Made by a program: the position numbers and the translations under genes. From contig JAPMXV010000042.1 of NCBI GenBank assembly GCA_026936335.1, positions 620,001-684,000 of the forward strand: DNA of 64,000 nt, written 5' to 3'. Origin of the DNA: Mantamonas sphyraenae STR306 (lineage: Eukaryota > Protista > CRuMs). Within the stretch, counting starts at the first letter, position 1, and every line of letters begins with the position of its first letter. The notes beneath the pieces are model-generated. The model searched no databases and was not told where the DNA came from. It saw nothing but the letters and a program-made list of their open reading frames with translations. This document shows positions 58,956 to 64,000 of this stretch, piece by piece.

Positions 58956-60432
58956 TAGCAGCCTGACAAACAGCGACAGCGAAGGCGGATTGACAGGGGA
59001 ACGGGACGAAGACTACGACGGCGATCGGGAGGAGGAAGACGACCAGTTCCGCTCAGACTCGGTTGTGTACAGGCAAAAGCTCAAGTGCATTTTGGACGTG
59101 GACTCGTTCGAGTCGGCTGAGGAGCTGGAGGTGTTTGTGGGCACATTTAATCTGGGCAACGCGCCCCCACCCGAAGACGGACTGGAGGAGTGGATGCCTC
59201 GCAACGCATACCAGCTGTACGCCATTGGTTCGCAAGAGTGCAACTACAAACCGCGGGAAGGATTCAGCTCATGCGAACAGGACTGGTTCAGCACGCTGCA
59301 GAATCACCTCGGGTTCAATTATGTGCAGGTGGCCACCATCAGCCTGTGGGAAATCCGCCTGGGTGTATTTATCCACCGATCTCTTGTGGATCGTGTGTCA
59401 CAGGTCGAGACCCACAAGGTGGCCACAGGCATTGGGGACGTGTTGGGCAACAAGGGCGGAGTCGGCGTCGGTTTCCGGTACTTTGACACCGGAATGTGCT
59501 TCATCAACAGCCATCTTGCAGCGCGCACCGAACGCATCGAGGACCGCAACCAGAACTACCGTGACATTGTGAGTAGCATGCGCATCGGGTGCGTGGCCGG
59601 CTTTGACATCCACCACCAGTTTGACTACGTGTTCTGGTTTGGCGACCTCAACTATCGCGTGCACAACATTGAGCGCGAAGAGGTGCTGCGGCTTATTGAC
59701 GAAGGCGAGTACGACCAGTTGCTGGAGAAGAATGAGCAGATGGCGGAAGAGATGGAGGCTGGCCGCTGCTTCCCCGGGTACCACGAGGGAGGAATCTCTT
59801 TCCGCCCCACCTATCGCTACGAGCGCGACAGCAATGCGTGGAGCAAGAAGAAGCTGCACAACCTCCCCTCGTGGTGCGACCGCATCTTGTGGCGCCACTT
59901 TTCAGACTGTACGTGCAAGAGCCTGTCGTACAATTACACACCCACAGTGCGCACGAGCGACCACAGGCCCGTCTCTGCCACGTTCAGCATCACTGCACAG
60001 AGGCCGTATTTGCCGCTGGTGGCCATGCCGCCCAAGCACAAGTATCTCCTTGTGTTTGCAAACATGAAGTGCGAACTAGTCAAGTCTGCACAGGCATTTG
60101 TGCGTTTCTTTGGCCACTTTTTCTCCTCCGAGGTCATGGTATGCACCCCGTTCCTGGAGGAGTCGAGCGAGAAGCCCAGCTGGGAAGAACCCGTGGAGAT
60201 TGAGCCGTTCTTCCATACGCCCACCTATCTGGAACGACAGCGTGTCCTGCTTTGCGTCAACGAGAGCGACCGGGATTTGGGCATAGGCTTCATCACTGTT
60301 GGCCAGAGTGTGCTCTCGCTGCATGGCCTGTGCGACGAGGAAGTGCACACCTTCTCTGCGCCGCTGGAATCCAACGGAGCCACAAGTGGCACCATTTCCG
60401 GCAGCGTCCAACTTTGCCGCATTGATGAATGA
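56956..60432 (+). CDS. Inositol polyphosphate 5-phosphatase (SHIP-like) with N-terminal PH-like and PH domains and C-terminal C2-like domain; 4 introns
   Basis: KTGWLTKLGG..NWK|RRYFVL (PH). FVGTFNLGN, GNKGGV, FINSHLAA, FWFGDLNYR, PSWCDRILW, SDHRPV. Confidence 0.9.
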
Positions 60433-60634
60433 AGCAAAAACCTGAAACTGTGTTCATTTTCCCAATTGCAATTCCTGTCGCTTAAGCGCGCTTGACGCTC
60501 GGGGCCTGAGTGCCCTCACGGAAGTTGTTCTTGGCGCGGCGGGCCATGTGCTTCAGGTAGCGCATGCGGCCAGTGCCGGTCGTGCGTCGTCGCTTGGCCT
60601 TGATGCCCCAGTTGACTGTGGTTGCGTTCATGTG

Positions 60635-60665
<31 letters not shown>

Positions 60666-61634
60666 TGTCAGCGATGATGTGCTGGGCGAAAACCTGAACC
60701 CAATCCCACCTCTGCACTCTCCCCCTCCATCCCTTTCCGCCCCACAACCACCCTTCCTCTCCCTCCTCTACACGCACGCCTCTCCCCTTCCTCTCTTTCC
60801 ATGTCCCCACACCCTTCTCGCGCCGCCGGCCAATCTTCTGCACCGGCCAAAACGGGGGGCCTCCCAAAATGCGACCCACTTCCGCCTCTTTCTCCGCCCC
60901 TCTCCACACCCACGCCCGCTCTCCCGTCCCCTTGCCCCCATCCCACTGCCCACTCTTCCTCCACACCTTCCCATTCCCCCCCGCGTCTCTCCATTTGCCC
61001 CCTTGCCCCTTTCCCGCCTCCATTCAAACTTACACTTGCGCATACGGCGGTCGGGGTAGCCGCAAGACGCACAGGTCTTCTTCTGGATGTGGAACGACAC
61101 ACGTGCGCAGCGGATGCACGACGTGTGTGTCTTGTTGTGGCGACGTCCCTGGCTAAAGGTACCCTTGGTCTGTGTGTCGTCCCCAGTACTGCGTTAGCCC
61201 TTCGTCCTCTCCCGCCCGCCACGAAAAAAATGCATGCGCCGCCACATCTTTGTCCCTCCACATCCACACACACCACACACGTCCTCCTCTTTGCCCCTGT
61301 GTCCTTCTCCCGTGACCATATCCCCTCGTGGTTCACACATGGCAACTCCTCCTTGCCTCCTGCCTCCTCCATCGGCGGCTGGAGATCCTGCCGGCAACCC
61401 GCCTTCAGTGGTGCGGGACAACCTTCACTTCTGGATGCTCCATGGACTCTACCGCCACGTGCCTCACACCCCATCTTCGACTCGACACCATATCACTCTT
61501 GCAGCACCAGCAGGTGCACACTCACCATCTGTGTTGAGTTTTTGGCTGGCTAGGCGGGCGGCTGCGCTGTTGTGGGCACGACAACATACCACACAGCGGC
61601 AGCATACTGACGACATGGTGCGAGTGGTGATTGG
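60415..61634 (-). repeat. Right (donor) arm of ~1.22-kb inverted duplication (partner 51248-52466)
   Basis: Includes the last 18 nt of the 5-phosphatase CDS and the first 20 nt of the UFSP2 CDS, both continuous with their genes here. Confidence 0.97.
60482..61528 (-). CDS. RPL37: 60S ribosomal protein eL37, ancestral copy; 2 introns
   Basis: Same exon structure and apparently the same coding sequence as 51354-52399. Confidence 0.96.
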
Positions 61635-63687
61635 ACACACGCGTCAAAGTGACTTGGAGCAGCTGCTATCCCAAGAGCAGCACGAGGCAGTGCTGCTGAG
61701 TGGGTTCCTCTCCACCAGCGACTCTGGCGATGCGGAATTGGTAGTCGTGGGTGCTCTGGCAGTCGACCGCGACTCTGAGTGGCGTCTGCAGGTGGGTAAC
61801 GATGGTTCCATGGTGCCGTGGCTGCCTGCTGGATTGCGCGTGGTGGCTGTTGGTGTCCGCCGTTCAGATGCAGGCCTGGAGGACGTGTGGCAGGCTACAG
61901 CCGGTACATGGAATCCTGAGAATGAGACCGTGATGCATATGGTGGGTGTTCAGTCGGGTGGATCTTCCTTGGCTGTTCTTGCGAATGCAGAAGCACAGTG
62001 GGACCGCGTGGAAGACGACGAGATTGCAGCAAGGCTGGCAGAGGCATACATGCAGGTGCGTGTCAGCACAACGGTGGCGCTTTGGCGCAATGACAACGCG
62101 TCGCAGAGCAAGCACTGGATGGAAGAGCAAGCTGAGGAGTGGACTTTGCGCGTGCAGGCGGAAACCTCGGTTCTGGCGTTGCCAGCTGCCTCGGACACCA
62201 CCGTGAACGGTGTGGCCGCCATTGTGGGTGACCAGTCGCAGAGCAAGAGCAGTTTGACGTGGGCTGATGTGTTTGCTGCCCACAACGAAGCCGTGTCGTC
62301 GGCTCACAGTGTTCAGGGCTGGGAGCAACCGCGAAGCGGCAAAGGAAAAGGCAAGGGCAAGGGCAAGGGCAAGTCGGACGGAGGCTCAGGTGGCAACGGA
62401 GGTGGACAAGCAGTGTTGGGATTGAGTGCAGGGCATGAGGCAGCGCCAGGGCAGCAGGCAGAGCCGGTTTCGTTGCTTTTGCTGGAGGCGCATGAGTCGC
62501 TGGACGCAAGCGGCGTGCTTGAGGTGGACAGCAGCCACAGAAAGGACAGCGGAACCACATTGACATCGTTCACCTTGGATGTGTGCGCTTACATGCCCTG
62601 GTCGGGAGACGTATGCATCGGCAGCAAGGCGCTGCGGGACGCGCTTGCTGCACAGTTGCAGTACATGCTGTCTCTGCATGTGGACGACGCCGAGCACACA
62701 GAGTGGAGTGCCTTGCACTTTCAGGCTCAGCTTCAGAGCCATTGGATCACAGTGGTGTATCCTGTTCCCGAGAAAGCACTCGCTGCTGCAGCCAGCGGCG
62801 ACTATGAAGCCCTCAGCGCACACGAAAGCAATCTGAAGCCCAAACGTGCGATCATCCATCGTCGGTTGGGGCTTTCAATGGACCGCCCCTGTGTTCAGAT
62901 CACCCAGTCGCTGCAGTTTGGGCAGCGGGTGGCTATGGCGGCCAAGGCGGCTCAGGCTTCGTCGTCGTCCTCTTCGAGCTCATCGTCATCGGGATCTGAG
63001 AGCAGCACGCGAGCTGCGCTGGCCAAGCTCACACCGTTGGTGAATGTGCACGAGGGATTGGGTGCATCGGGCCAGGTCGACGGCGGCAAGCTTTACCTTG
63101 TGCAAGGCGACTACGAATACTACCACTACGGCATGGGCTTCAACGACGATGGATGGGGCTGTGCGTACCGCTCGTTGCAAACCATCTGGTCTTGGTTGCG
63201 TCTGCAGCGTTACACAGCCATGCCTGTGCCTACGCACGACGAGATCCAACGCGTGTTGGACGACATGGGGGTGCAGCCTGACCCCAAGAAACCGCAGAAG
63301 AAGTATCTGGGCTCGAAGATCTGGATCGGTAGCTGGGAGATCATGTCCTTCCTGTCGGAGAAGCTGGGACTTGAGTGCGAAATCGTCAGCGTCAACTCTG
63401 GCGAGCAGATCGCAGACAAGGCGCGCAAGCTGGCACAGCACTTTGAGACAAACGGAACCCCGATCATGATTGGAGGCGGTGTACGAGCGTACACGTTGCT
63501 GGGCATCGACTGGAACGAAAACACGGGCGACGTGCGCTTCCTGATTCTCGATCCGCACTATACGGGCGCGGACAACGTAGCCAACATCCACAAGAAGGGC
63601 TGGTGCAACTGGAAGGACGTGGATCTGTTTGAAAAGGGTGCATTCTACAACCTCAATTTGCCTCGTCGTCCCGAGGGCGAGATTTGA
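61615..63687 (+). CDS. UFSP2: UFM1-specific protease 2 (peptidase C78)
   Basis: YEYYHY..DDGWGCAYRSLQT..SW, WIGSWE, GTPIMIGGG, FLILDPHYTG. Confidence 0.93.
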   Translation: MVRVVIGHTRQSDLEQLLSQEQHEAVLLSGFLSTSDSGDAELVVVGALAVDRDSEWRLQVGNDGSMVPWLPAGLRVVAVGVRRSDAGLEDVWQATAGTWNPENETVMHMVGVQSGGSSLAVLANAEAQWDRVEDDEIAARLAEAYMQVRVSTTVALWRNDNASQSKHWMEEQAEEWTLRVQAETSVLALPAASDTTVNGVAAIVGDQSQSKSSLTWADVFAAHNEAVSSAHSVQGWEQPRSGKGKGKGKGKGKSDGGSGGNGGGQAVLGLSAGHEAAPGQQAEPVSLLLLEAHESLDASGVLEVDSSHRKDSGTTLTSFTLDVCAYMPWSGDVCIGSKALRDALAAQLQYMLSLHVDDAEHTEWSALHFQAQLQSHWITVVYPVPEKALAAAASGDYEALSAHESNLKPKRAIIHRRLGLSMDRPCVQITQSLQFGQRVAMAAKAAQASSSSSSSSSSSGSESSTRAALAKLTPLVNVHEGLGASGQVDGGKLYLVQGDYEYYHYGMGFNDDGWGCAYRSLQTIWSWLRLQRYTAMPVPTHDEIQRVLDDMGVQPDPKKPQKKYLGSKIWIGSWEIMSFLSEKLGLECEIVSVNSGEQIADKARKLAQHFETNGTPIMIGGGVRAYTLLGIDWNENTGDVRFLILDPHYTGADNVANIHKKGWCNWKDVDLFEKGAFYNLNLPRRPEGEI

Positions 63688-64000
63688 CCTGTGCAGCCTG
63701 CTTGAGCATTGCTCGCGGAGGATTGGCTGAAGGGAGCAATTGCTGAATAAATAGGAGGGCACGTCTCGATGTATGCTTGAGAAGCTCGTGTTTCTGGGCT
63801 TCGGCTGGGCTGTCGTCCCACTCTGCGCGCAACTCAGGCAGTGCGCAGAGCAAGAGGACAGCGGCAACAACAGATCGCTGCTCTGCGTCGGGGCAACATA
63901 GCAGCAGGGTGCCCTTTTGTTCCACAAGCACGTGATGGGCGAACGACACCAAGTCGTCGTGCTGGGCCACGAGGGGTCGCTTGTTCTTGCTAAACACCAT
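63653..64000 (-). CDS. RIT1: 3' end of tRNA A64-2'-O-ribosylphosphate transferase (Rit1, DUSP-like C-domain), partial
   Basis: LLLCCPDAEQRSVVAAVLLLC ... RRALLFIQQLLPSANPPRAMLKQ matches the Rit1 C-terminal pattern as I recall it. Confidence 0.65.
   Translation of the reverse strand: MVFSKNKRPLVAQHDDLVSFAHHVLVEQKGTLLLCCPDAEQRSVVAAVLLLCALPELRAEWDDSPAEAQKHELLKHTSRRALLFIQQLLPSANPPRAMLKQAAQVKSRPRDDEAN

Noticed and set aside
61234-61614. Long N-terminal extension of UFSP2 in the ORF track
   Set aside because: It is antisense RPL37 intron and promoter sequence. The plausible start is ATG 61615.
51248-61634. Composite transposon or Polinton/Maverick-like element with long terminal inverted repeats
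   Set aside because: The arms are an RPL37 gene, the interior holds ordinary host genes, and there is no transposase/integrase or clean target-site duplication.

Overview
Very compact nuclear DNA from an intron-containing eukaryote, most likely a flagellated protist (ERICH3-, CCDC81-, CFAP157- and RJL-like genes). I cannot name the organism. About 34 protein-coding genes fill nearly the whole window. Introns are GT-AG with CTRAC-like branch points, and intergenic gaps are mostly 6-250 bp. Most genes are housekeeping (MPP-beta, CAP, SF3B6, LSM1, TRMO, IWS1, POLD1, AlaRS, NDR kinase, RPL37, PARG, UFSP2, Rit1). I saw no rRNA, tRNA, CRISPR array or autonomous transposon. The main observations are: (1) a large fusion of an FKP-type sugar-1-P nucleotidyltransferase with a GalK/GalAK-type kinase, head-to-head (110 bp) with GDP-mannose 3,5-epimerase, a candidate undescribed nucleotide-sugar module; (2) a recent ~1.22-kb inverted duplication of RPL37 whose breakpoints identify the donor copy; (3) four apparent -1 frameshifts, all in the last 150-310 nt of otherwise intact genes; (4) kb-scale G/C strand-skew domains that do not follow gene orientation; (5) an RGSx3-GRAM-cNMP-GRAM-cNMP protein, a signal-peptide JmjC hydroxylase and a bacterial-type membrane protein. 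All product calls come from motif recognition by eye, with no database search.
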